Positions 7,942 through 18,049 of a stretch of 64,000 nt of DNA are shown here, in pieces; the first letter of the stretch is position 1; each line of letters starts with the position of its first letter. The stretch is from contig JAYTOU010000031.1 in the NCBI GenBank assembly GCA_043747615.1, forward strand, positions 1-64,000. The letters run 5' to 3'. This stretch comes from Myxococcales bacterium. Lineage in GTDB: Bacteria > Myxococcota_A > Polyangia > Polyangiales > Polyangiaceae. The notes under the pieces are model-generated. The model had not been told where the DNA came from, did no database searches, and saw only the letters and a program-made list of their open reading frames with translations. A program made the position numbers and the translations under genes.

Positions 7942-10821
7942 CTAGGGGCCGAAGATCTTGCTGCCGCATTTCACGGCCGGTGCGGCGATGATGCGGGTTT
8001 GGGAGAGATCTCTCGAATCGAGGATGAAGGTGCCTTGGACGACGGTCTGGCCGGGGCTCGGCGCCAGGTTCGTCACCCGCAGAAGGCTCGGCATGTCCGT
8101 TTCGAACTGGAGCACGTTGAGCGACGGATCGGGCTGCGCCGCGAGCGAGCACGCGCGGGGAGCCGATCTCCATGTGAGGTCGAAGCGGAAGCCGTCTCGC
8201 AGGAACGTGGCCTTGCCTCCGAGGCGCGCCTTGAACGCTCCGAAGAGGACGACCCCTTGCGTGACCTCGAGCGCTTCTCGCGGATCGCCGTCGATCTTCA
8301 GTCCCGCCTTGACGTCTACGCCCACGGTGGCCCCGGTGAGCTTCATTCCGTAAAGTGTGGCGCTCGCCTCGGCTTCGATCTTGTTCGGTGTCCGCCGAGT
8401 GAAGTGGAACTTTCCCTCGACCTGAAGTGACTCGTCGATCGGAATGCCGAGCATCGCCTTTGGAACGCCGACCTTTTCGACGAGCGCGCGAGGAAGGTTT
8501 ACCTCGATCTCCATTCCTCCGTTTTCCTGGTCGATGTACGTGATCCCGCCGGCGTCGTTGGTCGCGAGGTTGAAGCTCATGGCGGCGCTGTTCGATACAG
8601 CTTCATGGGTGAATTGCCCCTTGTACGGGCCGATGGCGCCGCGCGGGGTTCCCACCGTGAAGCTGCTCGAGGTCATGAAAAAATCCTCGCCGAGGAGGTG
8701 GTCCTCTTTGCGCGCCATCTCCCCGGCGACCTCCGCGAAGTCGACCTTGGTGTTGTCCCCGAAGACGCGGCTCCATACGACCCGCCCGTTGGCGACGCGG
8801 ATGCGTGCGAGGTTGACCTTGGCCGTGCTGGCGCCCCACTGCTTCACGGGATGCGACGCCAGCCAGCGGTTGAAGGCGTCGCGCATCGTTGGAAAGGTGC
8901 CGTCGATGGTGGTCTCGACGTCGGTGAGGACAATCTGCTCGGCGTCCACGCCTCGGAGGTCGATGTCGACGTCGCTCGCGCGCATGTAGAGGCCGGGGAT
9001 CTCGCTGACCTTCGCCGAGACAGTGCTCAGATGGATCTTGTGAAGCTCGACGTGCAGATCGCCGATCGTGAGCTCGATGCCGGCCCGCGCGGCCCCATCG
9101 ATGCACGCCCGCTTCACGATGATGGGGATGGAAAAATAGAAACCGACCAGGCCGCCGATGAGAACGAGGAAGCCCACGACCCCAGCGCCGCTGCCCCTTT
9201 TCTTCTCCTCTCCGTGAAGATCGATCACGTTGCGCGACGGAGGTGGGAGGTCTGCGAGCGAAAACTCCCCCACCGCGGGTGCGCTCAAATTCGGCGGTAG
9301 CGCAGGGACGTCGTTCATCTCGGCGGCGGACGGACGCGGTCGCGGCACAGGCCGGCGACGCTCGTAGGCGGTGGGCTCGTCCGGAGCGATCACCACGTTC
9401 GGGACCGAGACGGGAGCGATCATCACGCTCGACACCGAGATCGGCTCGGGGGACGGCGACGGTGACCGCGGCGGCGGCGTTGGTGGCACTGAGCGCGCGC
9501 TTGGCGGAGCGCCCCCGCGCATGGACGGATTTGAGCGCCGCGACTCGGGGGAAGGCACAGGCGGCGGAAGGGAAACCCTGCGCGGCGGAGAGCTCACTGG
9601 CGGAAGCGTTCGTTCACTCGTCGCGACCTGCGAGGCGCGCGACACCGGGACGACCGTCGGCGCCATGGTCGCGACCGTCTCCGGCCTCCCGTCGTTCTGA
9701 CTGGATACGCGCGAGAGCGAGCGTGGGTCGGAGTCTTCGTTGGCCGGGGCGGGGAGGCTTGGACGCACCCGGATGCTCTGCGATCTCGCGAGATCGTCGA
9801 TGACTCCTTTCGCCTCCCGCATCGCGATTTCGAGCGGTCTCTCCTGTTCGATTTCCTGGATCCGCGCGGCGCGCTTGGCGAGCGACTCTCCGGCCACCAG
9901 CTCGACCCACTCGCCGACCTTCGACGGCGTCGCCAGCGGCATCACCATCTCGAGCTGAATCGCCATCTCCCGTGCCGTCTTGAATCGATCGTTCGGATCG
10001 CGCGACAGGCCCTTGAGCACCGCGTCGTCGAGCGCCTTGGGAAGGTTCGGTACGCGCTCGCTCGGCGCCTGGATGGAGCTCTGCTGGGTCGCGCGTTTGA
10101 GGATCGCCGACTGGTAGTCGGAGTCGAAGAGGCGCTCGCCGACGAGCAGCTCCCACAAGACGATCGACGCGGCGTAAATGTCCGTCCGCCGATCGACCTC
10201 TGTCTCTGCGAGCAGCTGCTCGGGCGCCATGTAGGGGAGCTTGCCTTTGAGGTCGCCGTTTTGGGTGTTCTGCGAGCGGTTCGCGGCTTTCGCGATCCCG
10301 AAGTCGAGCACCCGCGCGACGCCGTCGGTTCCTACGATGACGTTCTGCGGGGAGACGTCGCGATGGACGATGCCGAGGGGCTCGCCGCGCTCGTTGCTCG
10401 CTTCATGCGCCGCGTGCAGGCCGTGAAGGATCCCGACGATGATCGCCCCCACGACCTTGAGCGGAATTCGTTCCCCCGTAGGCCGGAGAAAGCGTTGGAT
10501 CCGAGAGAGCGATTCGCCGCGGATGTATTCCATGACCAGGAATACCTCCCCGTCGGTGGAGATAACATCGAGCGGTTGAACGACGTTCGGGTGGTGGATG
10601 CGCGCGGCGAGGCGGGCCTCGTCGAGGAACATCGAGACGAACTCGGGATCCTTTGCGAACTGCGCGTGGAGGCGCTTGATGGCCACGGTCTTCGTGAAGC
10701 CGGCCGTGCCCTCGAGGCGCCCGATGTGGACGCTCGCCATCCCACCCGCCGCGATTTCCCCGTGCAGCGTGTACCGCCCGAGGTTCCACGCGAGCGCATC
10801 TTCGAGACCCTCGCCGCGCAT
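7942..10821 (-). CDS. Ser/Thr kinase with Pro-rich linker, TM helix and large extracytoplasmic beta-rich domain
   Basis: AAGGMA, VAIK, HRDVSPQN, DFG, GKLPYMAPEQ; TM VVGFLVLIGGLVGFYFSIPIIV. Confidence 0.9.
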   Translation of the reverse strand: MRGEGLEDALAWNLGRYTLHGEIAAGGMASVHIGRLEGTAGFTKTVAIKRLHAQFAKDPEFVSMFLDEARLAARIHHPNVVQPLDVISTDGEVFLVMEYIRGESLSRIQRFLRPTGERIPLKVVGAIIVGILHGLHAAHEASNERGEPLGIVHRDVSPQNVIVGTDGVARVLDFGIAKAANRSQNTQNGDLKGKLPYMAPEQLLAETEVDRRTDIYAASIVLWELLVGERLFDSDYQSAILKRATQQSSIQAPSERVPNLPKALDDAVLKGLSRDPNDRFKTAREMAIQLEMVMPLATPSKVGEWVELVAGESLAKRAARIQEIEQERPLEIAMREAKGVIDDLARSQSIRVRPSLPAPANEDSDPRSLSRVSSQNDGRPETVATMAPTVVPVSRASQVATSERTLPPVSSPPRRVSLPPPVPSPESRRSNPSMRGGAPPSARSVPPTPPPRSPSPSPEPISVSSVMIAPVSVPNVVIAPDEPTAYERRRPVPRPRPSAAEMNDVPALPPNLSAPAVGEFSLADLPPPSRNVIDLHGEEKKRGSGAGVVGFLVLIGGLVGFYFSIPIIVKRACIDGAARAGIELTIGDLHVELHKIHLSTVSAKVSEIPGLYMRASDVDIDLRGVDAEQIVLTDVETTIDGTFPTMRDAFNRWLASHPVKQWGASTAKVNLARIRVANGRVVWSRVFGDNTKVDFAEVAGEMARKEDHLLGEDFFMTSSSFTVGTPRGAIGPYKGQFTHEAVSNSAAMSFNLATNDAGGITYIDQENGGMEIEVNLPRALVEKVGVPKAMLGIPIDESLQVEGKFHFTRRTPNKIEAEASATLYGMKLTGATVGVDVKAGLKIDGDPREALEVTQGVVLFGAFKARLGGKATFLRDGFRFDLTWRSAPRACSLAAQPDPSLNVLQFETDMPSLLRVTNLAPSPGQTVVQGTFILDSRDLSQTRIIAAPAVKCGSKIFGP

Positions 10822-10853
10822 ATGCCTTCAAAACGTACACGAAACGCGGCACT

Positions 10854-12116
10854 TCAGAACATTAGTTCTTTCACCGCGACGCCGTCCTCGGTAACCGCGA
10901 GGGGTCGGCCGATAGGGGTGACCACGGTCTTGTCGGGGTTGATCCCGAGGAGGGTGGTCATCGTCGCAAAGAGATTGGGAATGGTCATCGGCTTGTCGAC
11001 CACCTTCGCGCCTTCTGCGTCGGTCTTTCCGTACGCAATCCCGCCTCGGATCCCGCCCCCGGCAAGCACCGCGCTCCATGCCTGGGGGTAGTGATCTCGC
11101 CCCTCTTGGGGATTGATCTTTGGTGTGCGCCCGAACTCCCCCATGCAGACGAGCAGCGTGCTGCCGGCGAGCTTGCGCGCGTCGAGGTCTTTCATCAGCG
11201 CCGACATGGCGGGATCGAGCGTGCCCATCAACTTTTTGGTGCGCTCGAAATTGTCGTTGTGCGTGTCCCAGCCGTCGAGCACGACCTCGACGAGCTTCAC
11301 GCCCGACTCCACGAGGCGCCGCGCGACGAGACAGCCTCTGCCGAAATTGCTGTCCCCGTAGGCTTTTCGCGTGGCCTCCGACTCCTGCGTAATGTCGAAC
11401 GCGCCGAGCTTCGACGAGTGCATCATGCGCATCGCCTGGGCGTAGACGGCCTCTCGGCCAGGGACCTGTGGATCTCCCGTCTTCGCTGCGAAGCTGCTCT
11501 CGAGCTCGTCGAGCACCGACTCGCGTTGGTGAAAGCGAGCGTCGTTCACGCTCCGAAAATAGCCCACGTTTTGTGGAATCTGGCCGGCGTCGTCGACCAT
11601 GAACGGTCCGTTCTGCAGACCGAGAAACCCCGCTCCGACGCTTGGTCCGCCGATGCTCACGAAGTTCGGTAGCTCGGCGCCCTTCTCACCGATCTCCGAG
11701 CTCACCCACCCGCCGAGCGACGGATGCCGCACCGTGGGGTTCGGCGCGTAGCCGGTGTGAAGGAGGTAGCGCGCGCGGTCGTGGTTTCCTTCCTTGCTCG
11801 TCATGCTGCGGATCACCGCGAGCTTGTGACCCTGCTCGGCGAGGAGCGGCAGGTGTTCGGAGATCTCGAGCCCCGGTGCGCGCGTCTTGATGGCCTTGAA
11901 GCGTGCGGTCGATTGACCGGCTTTGGGATCGAAGGTGTCGATGTGACTGGGGCCGCCGTTCATCCAGAGGACGATGCAGGCCCTTGCCGTCGCAGCCGGG
12001 CGGGGATCTCCGGCGAACGCCAGTCCCGGGGAGAACCAGCGTGACGCGAGGAGAGAAGCGACGGACCCTACGCCCCCGGTGAGCATCGAGCGACGAGACA
12101 GAAGTTGAGATTTCAC
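10854..12116 (-). CDS. DUF1501 domain protein with Tat-like signal
   Basis: SRRSML leader, GGPSHIDTFDPK, WDTH, GEFGRTP, GRDH. Confidence 0.9.
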   Translation of the reverse strand: MKSQLLSRRSMLTGGVGSVASLLASRWFSPGLAFAGDPRPAATARACIVLWMNGGPSHIDTFDPKAGQSTARFKAIKTRAPGLEISEHLPLLAEQGHKLAVIRSMTSKEGNHDRARYLLHTGYAPNPTVRHPSLGGWVSSEIGEKGAELPNFVSIGGPSVGAGFLGLQNGPFMVDDAGQIPQNVGYFRSVNDARFHQRESVLDELESSFAAKTGDPQVPGREAVYAQAMRMMHSSKLGAFDITQESEATRKAYGDSNFGRGCLVARRLVESGVKLVEVVLDGWDTHNDNFERTKKLMGTLDPAMSALMKDLDARKLAGSTLLVCMGEFGRTPKINPQEGRDHYPQAWSAVLAGGGIRGGIAYGKTDAEGAKVVDKPMTIPNLFATMTTLLGINPDKTVVTPIGRPLAVTEDGVAVKELMF

Positions 12117-12131
12117 GGTTATCCTCGCGGC

Positions 12132-13952
12132 TCAGTAGTTGAAGACGAACTCGCTGCAGTTCAGGAGCGCCCAAAAGAGATCTTCGTACGCCTGCTTCTT
12201 CGGGTCGGTGGCGCCGGCGGCTCTCACGCGGTTGTCGAGGCGGGCGAGCGGATCGCGCCCTCCGGCGCCGACCGGTTTTGCAGGTTTCTTTCCGCCTCCC
12301 TTCGTCGCAGCCGGTGCGGCCGATACGGCCACGGGCGCAGCGGTCACTACGACGTCGCGCGGCGCGTTAACGAACGCCGTCCACTTCGCGATCTCCTCCG
12401 CGCGCGGCTCGCGCGAGAGCGTACGGAGGTAGAGCATGCGAATTTTTTCCTCGTCGCCCCCGGGCATGGCAAGCGTTTCGGCCAGCGCCGTCCCTGCAAA
12501 TGCGCTCGATCCGCCGTTCACGAGGCGCCCGTTCAACAGGAGAAGCGCTTGGGTGATCGTCCCGTCGAACTCGTCGTGGTGATCGGACTGCTCATCTACA
12601 TCGAAGAGAAACGCGAACTGACGCCGCATCTGAAAACGCATCTGTTCGAGGTTGTCGCCCGCGATGCGCTCGAGGATCGGCTCGAGCTTTGTGGCGGTCA
12701 CGAGTGCGTCGAGGAGCTCGTCGGGTCCGAGGCGGACGATCTGAAAATGCGCCCATAGCCGCTCATCCATGTTGCCGTCGGTCGAGGAGGGACCGGGCGC
12801 GAGCTGGTAGGCCTCCGTCGCCGTCATGAGCCGAATGAGGTGCTTCAGATCGTAGCCGCTCGTGACGAAGTCCGCGGAGACCTGCTTCAGGAGGTCGGGG
12901 ACCATCGGCGGGTTCGAGTCGCGAAAGTCGTCCACCGGCTCGGCGAAGCCTCGGCCGAGAAATTGCGCCCACATGCGATTGACGATCGCTCGAGAAAAAT
13001 ATTGGTTTTGCTCCCCGGTGATCCATTTGGCGAGCGCCTCGCGGCGGTTCACGCTCGACGAAAAATCCGTTCCGTCGAGGGCCTTTGGCGCGGCGTTCGT
13101 GAGCGACGGCATGTCCATTCGCTTCGGGAGCTTGAGCGCGTGCTCGATGTCGCGCACCTCCACGCGCCGAACGCCCATCACCTTTCCCTTGTCGATCTGG
13201 TCGGCGCGGGTGCGCAGAAAGCACGCGGTGAAGCTCTCGAAATCCGTCGTTTTCCACTTCTCCGTCTTGTGGTCGTGGCATTGCGCGCACTGGATCTGCA
13301 CCCCCAAGAATACGCGCGAGGTCGTCCCCGACAGATCCATCGGCGCGTCGCCGTAGCGAAGAAAAAAGTTTACCGCTCCATTCACCGGCTCCTCGGTCGG
13401 CGGCGGCTGGGTCTCCGGTTTGAGCGGCTGGCCGCCCGCGCTGTTCACTCCAGTTGCAGTAAGGAGATCGAACACCAGCTTGTCGTAGGGCGCGTTCTTC
13501 TCGAGCTCGCCGCGCAGCCATTTGCGGAACGAAATGCGATCGACGACGTTGTTCGGCACATCGCGCCCGAGGAGGACGCGGTCCCAGAAATTCGTGAAGT
13601 GCTCGACGTAGGCTGGGCTCGCGAGAAGCCGCTCCACCGCTTTTTTTCGCTTGTCTGGCGATGTATCGGCCAAAAATTCCTTCACCTCGGTGGGAGAGGG
13701 AATGGTGCCCGTAATGTCGATCCGCACACGTCGAAGAAACCCCGCGTCATCGACCTTCGCGGTCGGCGTGAGGTTCGCCTTCGCCCATTCGGCGCGCAGG
13801 CGCGTGTCGATCTCCACCGCCGTGAGGAGCGGAGGGGAAGGGGCCACCTGAGCTTTCGGCGGAGGCGCAGGCGCGCGTTGGGTTTGCACGGGGCTCGCGC
13901 CGCATGCGCAAGCGACGAGGAGACCAAGGGCGAAGGCGGCGTTTCGCATCAT
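12132..13952 (-). CDS. DUF1549/DUF1553 (PSD1-type) lipoprotein with CxxCH motif
   Basis: FLRRVRIDITG, FLGVQIQCAQCHDH, NRMWAQFLGRG, C-terminal WALLNCSEFVFNY; lipobox-like LVACACG. Confidence 0.9.
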   Translation of the reverse strand: MMRNAAFALGLLVACACGASPVQTQRAPAPPPKAQVAPSPPLLTAVEIDTRLRAEWAKANLTPTAKVDDAGFLRRVRIDITGTIPSPTEVKEFLADTSPDKRKKAVERLLASPAYVEHFTNFWDRVLLGRDVPNNVVDRISFRKWLRGELEKNAPYDKLVFDLLTATGVNSAGGQPLKPETQPPPTEEPVNGAVNFFLRYGDAPMDLSGTTSRVFLGVQIQCAQCHDHKTEKWKTTDFESFTACFLRTRADQIDKGKVMGVRRVEVRDIEHALKLPKRMDMPSLTNAAPKALDGTDFSSSVNRREALAKWITGEQNQYFSRAIVNRMWAQFLGRGFAEPVDDFRDSNPPMVPDLLKQVSADFVTSGYDLKHLIRLMTATEAYQLAPGPSSTDGNMDERLWAHFQIVRLGPDELLDALVTATKLEPILERIAGDNLEQMRFQMRRQFAFLFDVDEQSDHHDEFDGTITQALLLLNGRLVNGGSSAFAGTALAETLAMPGGDEEKIRMLYLRTLSREPRAEEIAKWTAFVNAPRDVVVTAAPVAVSAAPAATKGGGKKPAKPVGAGGRDPLARLDNRVRAAGATDPKKQAYEDLFWALLNCSEFVFNY

Positions 13953-14137
13953 GCGAATTCCAATCTAGCGGGTGCGTCGAGCGCCGCCGTCGACTTTACG
14001 AAATCTTACGAACGCGCCCTCCGACGCGCGCAGAAAGAATGGTGCTGGCAGAGTGCCCCAGGAAATATGAGTCCACTCCACCCTAGGTCTTACCGAAGTG
14101 AACGAGCTTGTCCGCCTCCGAACGGTTACGGTTGTGC

Positions 14138-17100
14138 ATGCCGAGTCTCCGAGTGATCACCGACGGAACCCGGGTGATCGCCCTCGCAATTTTGTGCGCC
14201 TGCTCGGTGCAGGGCTCGCGTCGCGAAGGACCTGCGGGATCGACGCTCGCTACGTTACCTCCCTCAAGAACGCCTCCCATTGAGATTGCGTCCTCGATTC
14301 GTCGAGCCCAATTGGCGTTTCGTCACGTGGAGGATGCGTGGGTCGCTGAGGGTCCCGCTCACACGGTGCGCGTGAATCGCCAGGCGTTGGAGATCGTGCC
14401 GCTCCAACGTGGAGAGGCCTCGCGTTCAGGACTCACGGGAGTGATTCGCGCAAAGCCTTTACTCCTGAAAACACGTTCGCTCCAGCGCGGGGTCACCCAC
14501 CTTGATGCCGACGATCCACAGGCGCCGTTTGCCGCGTCGAACGGGTCCATCGCGATCGGGCGTGGAGCGATCACTGAATACGTCGCAAACGCAGAGGACG
14601 GCGTTCACCTTTCTTGGTCGGTGCCATCGGAGCCAAAGGGCACTGGAGATCTCGTCGTTCGCCTGACGGTCTCGGGTGAGCGCTACGTAGCGGCGACGAC
14701 GAGCGGACTTCACTTTGCCCAGGATCGGTCGATGCCGGGCCTCGTCTTCGGCGCGGCGACGTGGATCGACGCCGCCGGAGTGCGGAGTGCCGTAGCCCTC
14801 TCGCTGACATCGAACGAGCTCGAGCTTCGCGTGCCCGCAGAGACGCTTGCTCACAGTCGATATCCTGCCGTTCTCGACCCGACGATCTCTTCCGAATTTG
14901 GGGTCGACAACCCCGTCGTCGCTCTCGCGCGCGGCAATCCGAACCCGTCTGGTGTCGCGTGCGGCCCCACGCAGTGCCTCGTCACGTGGACGAGCAATTT
15001 CACGAACGACCTCTTCGGAGCGCGGATCGCTTCCGACGGAGCTCTTCTCGACCCGGTGCCCATTCCAATCGCTAGGACTGGGTTCGCCACGGCCGGCGTA
15101 GCGTTCGACGGCGTCGACTATTTCGTCGTGTGGGCGGGTGCCGGGATCCTGGGCGCCCGCGTGCGCGCTTCGGATGGAGTCGTTCTGGACAAGTCCACCG
15201 TCGGGATTCCGATCTCGACGACGACCTCATCGCGGTCTCCCGCTGTGGCGTTCGATGGCACCAACTACCTGGTCGTTTGGGATACCGGGCTCTACCTGCC
15301 AACTGGACGGGTGATGGGCATGAGGGTTGCTCCAGACGGCACCCTCCTCGACGGGACGGTCGCGAGCGGTGGCTTCGTGATTGCCGACCCGGGCACGCAT
15401 CAAAACCCCGCTGTCGCGTTCGATGGGCGAAACTTCCTTGTCGCCTGGGAGGACACTACGAGCGGCGAGATCAACGCAACGCGTGTCCGAGCGGTCGATC
15501 ACGCTCTTCTAGACGGCGGGTCCGCAGGCGGATTCAAGATCGCTTCCGTCGGTTCCAATCCTGCCATCGCCTTCGACGGAACGAACTTCCTCGCAGCGTG
15601 GCGAACGCCGCTCGGAAACATCGGGGCGCGCCGGATACGACCATTCGATGGCGCGTTGCTCGATGGCGCGGCCTCGACTAGCGGCATCGTCATCGGAGGC
15701 AACGCTGCCCGCGGACCGTGGTTGGCATTTGGCGCTGGAAACTACCTTGTGCAGTGGGCCACGGCAGGCGGCGCGGGTGGACCAGAAGGAATCTATGGTG
15801 AACGCCTCCGGGCGTCGGACGGCTCGCTCCTCATTGGTCCTTCGACGCCGCCTGGAGTGCTGATGGGTCTTGGAACGCTCGGGGTCGCGCAAGCAGGTTT
15901 CGTCGGCGGCAACTTCATGACCTCATGGGTCAGCGGCTATCACGATCAGTATTGGAGCGGGGTCAGCACCTACGTGCGCGCGTCACGGGTAAGCGCGGCG
16001 AAGTTAGCCGTTCTTGATGCGCCGGGAACCATCGTTTCCAATTCCGCGAACACCGAAGAGCGCGCTGCAATCGCCTCCAACGGCACCAGCTATTTCGTCG
16101 TCTGGACGGACAACCGGGGTTCGCTCTCCGAAGCGGACACCCATATCTACGGCTCACTTGTCCGTCCGGATGGTTCCTTGGTAGCTCCGGCCGGAATTCC
16201 GATCTGCACCGTGCCGACCGGACAATATTCACCCACCGTTGCCTCCGACGGAACGAATTTTCTCGTCTTGTGGAGCGACCGTCGTGCCCTTGCCGCCGGC
16301 GACCTGCGTGTTTACGGGACGCGCGTTCGAGCGTCGGACGGGTTGCTTCTCGACGGACCGGCGTCCGCCGGCGGCGTACTCATTCGCTCGAATACTTTTG
16401 GTGCATCGGCCGTTACTTTCGCCGCTGGAAATTATTTCGTGGTGTGGCCCGACACGCCCTCGTCTCAGGGTGACGCGCTTGCAGGCATGCGCATCCGCGC
16501 GGCGGATTTCGCGTTTCTGGATGGGACCACTTCAACGGGCGGGACCACTATCGGAACGAATCAGGGGAAGGGTCTCAAGCTGGTCACGGACGGCTCCAAT
16601 TTTCTCGTGGTCTGGGCGGATCTCAACGGGAACCTGCTTGGGGCACGGGTTCGAGCGGACGGCGTCTTGCTCGACGCACCCCCCACGACTGGCGCCATCG
16701 CTCTCGGGAAAGGGGCTTCCACGGGGGGAACCTTCGACGGGACGAATTACTTTATCGCTTCGAGTTACATGAGCTCGATTCACGGACATCGCATACGCCC
16801 AGCCGACGGTGCCCTCCTCGACGGCTTGGGAGGAATCGCGATCGCGGATGTGCCTGGACTCTACTCTCCTCCAGATGTCAGCTTCGACGGCACCAACGAG
16901 CTCGTCGTATGGGATGACCCGCGAAGCCTCTCGCACACCGATATCTATGGCGCGCGTGTACGGCCCGCTGACGGTGCGTTGCTCGATGGTCCGTCCAGCA
17001 GCGCCGGATTCCCGATCGAGGTCTCTGAAATCATCGCGCGCAATCCGCGCGTCCTGAGCGCCGGGGGAAGGTCACTCGTCGTTTACGAGGACGTCATTCG

Positions 17101-18049
17101 TGATCCGCCGTTTTCGGTCGCGTTTCGAATGACGGGGCGGTTCGTTGGTGAAGGCATTTCCTGCAGCAGCGCCTCGGATTGCAGCACCGGGTTTTGCGTG
17201 GACGGGGCCTGTTGCGACTCCGCATGCGGAGGCGGAATCGCGACCGACTGTCTCGCTTGCAGCGCCGCTGCTGGTGCCGCGACCGATGGCGTTTGCGGCT
17301 TCGTGGTGATGCCGATGATTTGCCGAGGCGTCGCTGGGCCATGTGATGCGCCGGAGTCGTGCGGCGGCACCAGCGCCCTGTGCCCTCCAGATGGATTCGC
17401 TGCGACCGGCTCCGTTTGTCGTTCGGCAGCGACCCTCTGCGACGAACCTGAAACCTGTCTCGGTGGCACGGTCACTTGTCCGGCAGATCAGATCGCGATT
17501 GAAGGCAAACCGTGTCGAGAACCGGCAAACGCCTGCGATCTTCCGGAAGTGTGCGACGGATTTGCAAAGCTCTGCCCCGCAAACGTGTACAAGTTGAACG
17601 GAGAAAGCTGCGCAGGCGGACTTTGCGTTGGTGGCGAATGTGCTCCGCAGCCGGATGCGGGCGCTCCGGATGCGGGAGCAAACGTGGATGCGGGTTCTAG
17701 CGACGCCGGGACCAACGTGGAGGCCGGTTCTAGCGACGCAGGGCTCGACGCGACGGACATCGACGCTTCCGCTGTTGCTGGAGGTCTCGATGCGAACACA
17801 GACCCGGACACCGGTGCGATGGAGGGAGGGTCGTCATTGTTGGGTAGCGGTGGGGGCGGCTGTTCTTGCCGGACAACGTCGGCGAACCGGAATGGGCAAT
17901 CCGTCGCTCTCGTTTTACCGCTCGCGTTGATGCTCCTCGCCCGAAGACGGCTCTCTCTGCGAAAAACGCCGCGGGCTCATTTCCACGTGACGACGACGCT
18001 CGATGCGCCGAGCCCCATCGCGAGCGAGCGCAATTCTTTTTCTGCCTGA
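14138..18049 (+). CDS. Large MYXO-CTERM surface protein with 14 blade-like repeats and Cys-rich disintegrin-like repeats
   Basis: Repeats of the VAFDGTNYLVVW...GxRVRxxDGxLLD type; three CRxxxxxCDxPExCxG units; DAG-rich linker; GGGCSC-hydrophobic-RRR sorting signal. Start uncertain. Confidence 0.85.
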   Translation: MPSLRVITDGTRVIALAILCACSVQGSRREGPAGSTLATLPPSRTPPIEIASSIRRAQLAFRHVEDAWVAEGPAHTVRVNRQALEIVPLQRGEASRSGLTGVIRAKPLLLKTRSLQRGVTHLDADDPQAPFAASNGSIAIGRGAITEYVANAEDGVHLSWSVPSEPKGTGDLVVRLTVSGERYVAATTSGLHFAQDRSMPGLVFGAATWIDAAGVRSAVALSLTSNELELRVPAETLAHSRYPAVLDPTISSEFGVDNPVVALARGNPNPSGVACGPTQCLVTWTSNFTNDLFGARIASDGALLDPVPIPIARTGFATAGVAFDGVDYFVVWAGAGILGARVRASDGVVLDKSTVGIPISTTTSSRSPAVAFDGTNYLVVWDTGLYLPTGRVMGMRVAPDGTLLDGTVASGGFVIADPGTHQNPAVAFDGRNFLVAWEDTTSGEINATRVRAVDHALLDGGSAGGFKIASVGSNPAIAFDGTNFLAAWRTPLGNIGARRIRPFDGALLDGAASTSGIVIGGNAARGPWLAFGAGNYLVQWATAGGAGGPEGIYGERLRASDGSLLIGPSTPPGVLMGLGTLGVAQAGFVGGNFMTSWVSGYHDQYWSGVSTYVRASRVSAAKLAVLDAPGTIVSNSANTEERAAIASNGTSYFVVWTDNRGSLSEADTHIYGSLVRPDGSLVAPAGIPICTVPTGQYSPTVASDGTNFLVLWSDRRALAAGDLRVYGTRVRASDGLLLDGPASAGGVLIRSNTFGASAVTFAAGNYFVVWPDTPSSQGDALAGMRIRAADFAFLDGTTSTGGTTIGTNQGKGLKLVTDGSNFLVVWADLNGNLLGARVRADGVLLDAPPTTGAIALGKGASTGGTFDGTNYFIASSYMSSIHGHRIRPADGALLDGLGGIAIADVPGLYSPPDVSFDGTNELVVWDDPRSLSHTDIYGARVRPADGALLDGPSSSAGFPIEVSEIIARNPRVLSAGGRSLVVYEDVIRDPPFSVAFRMTGRFVGEGISCSSASDCSTGFCVDGACCDSACGGGIATDCLACSAAAGAATDGVCGFVVMPMICRGVAGPCDAPESCGGTSALCPPDGFAATGSVCRSAATLCDEPETCLGGTVTCPADQIAIEGKPCREPANACDLPEVCDGFAKLCPANVYKLNGESCAGGLCVGGECAPQPDAGAPDAGANVDAGSSDAGTNVEAGSSDAGLDATDIDASAVAGGLDANTDPDTGAMEGGSSLLGSGGGGCSCRTTSANRNGQSVALVLPLALMLLARRRLSLRKTPRAHFHVTTTLDAPSPIASERNSFSA
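17651..17746 (+). repeat. Intragenic tandem repeats (2 x 15 bp, 2 x 33 bp) encoding the DAG linker
   Basis: CCGGATGCGGGNGCN twice at 17651-17680; AACGTGGANGCNGGTTCTAGCGACGCNGGG.. twice at 17681-17746. Confidence 0.8.

Noticed and set aside
9240..9760. Low-complexity stretch in the large kinase gene
   Set aside because: It is an ordinary Pro/Ser-rich linker with no nucleotide-level tandem repeat
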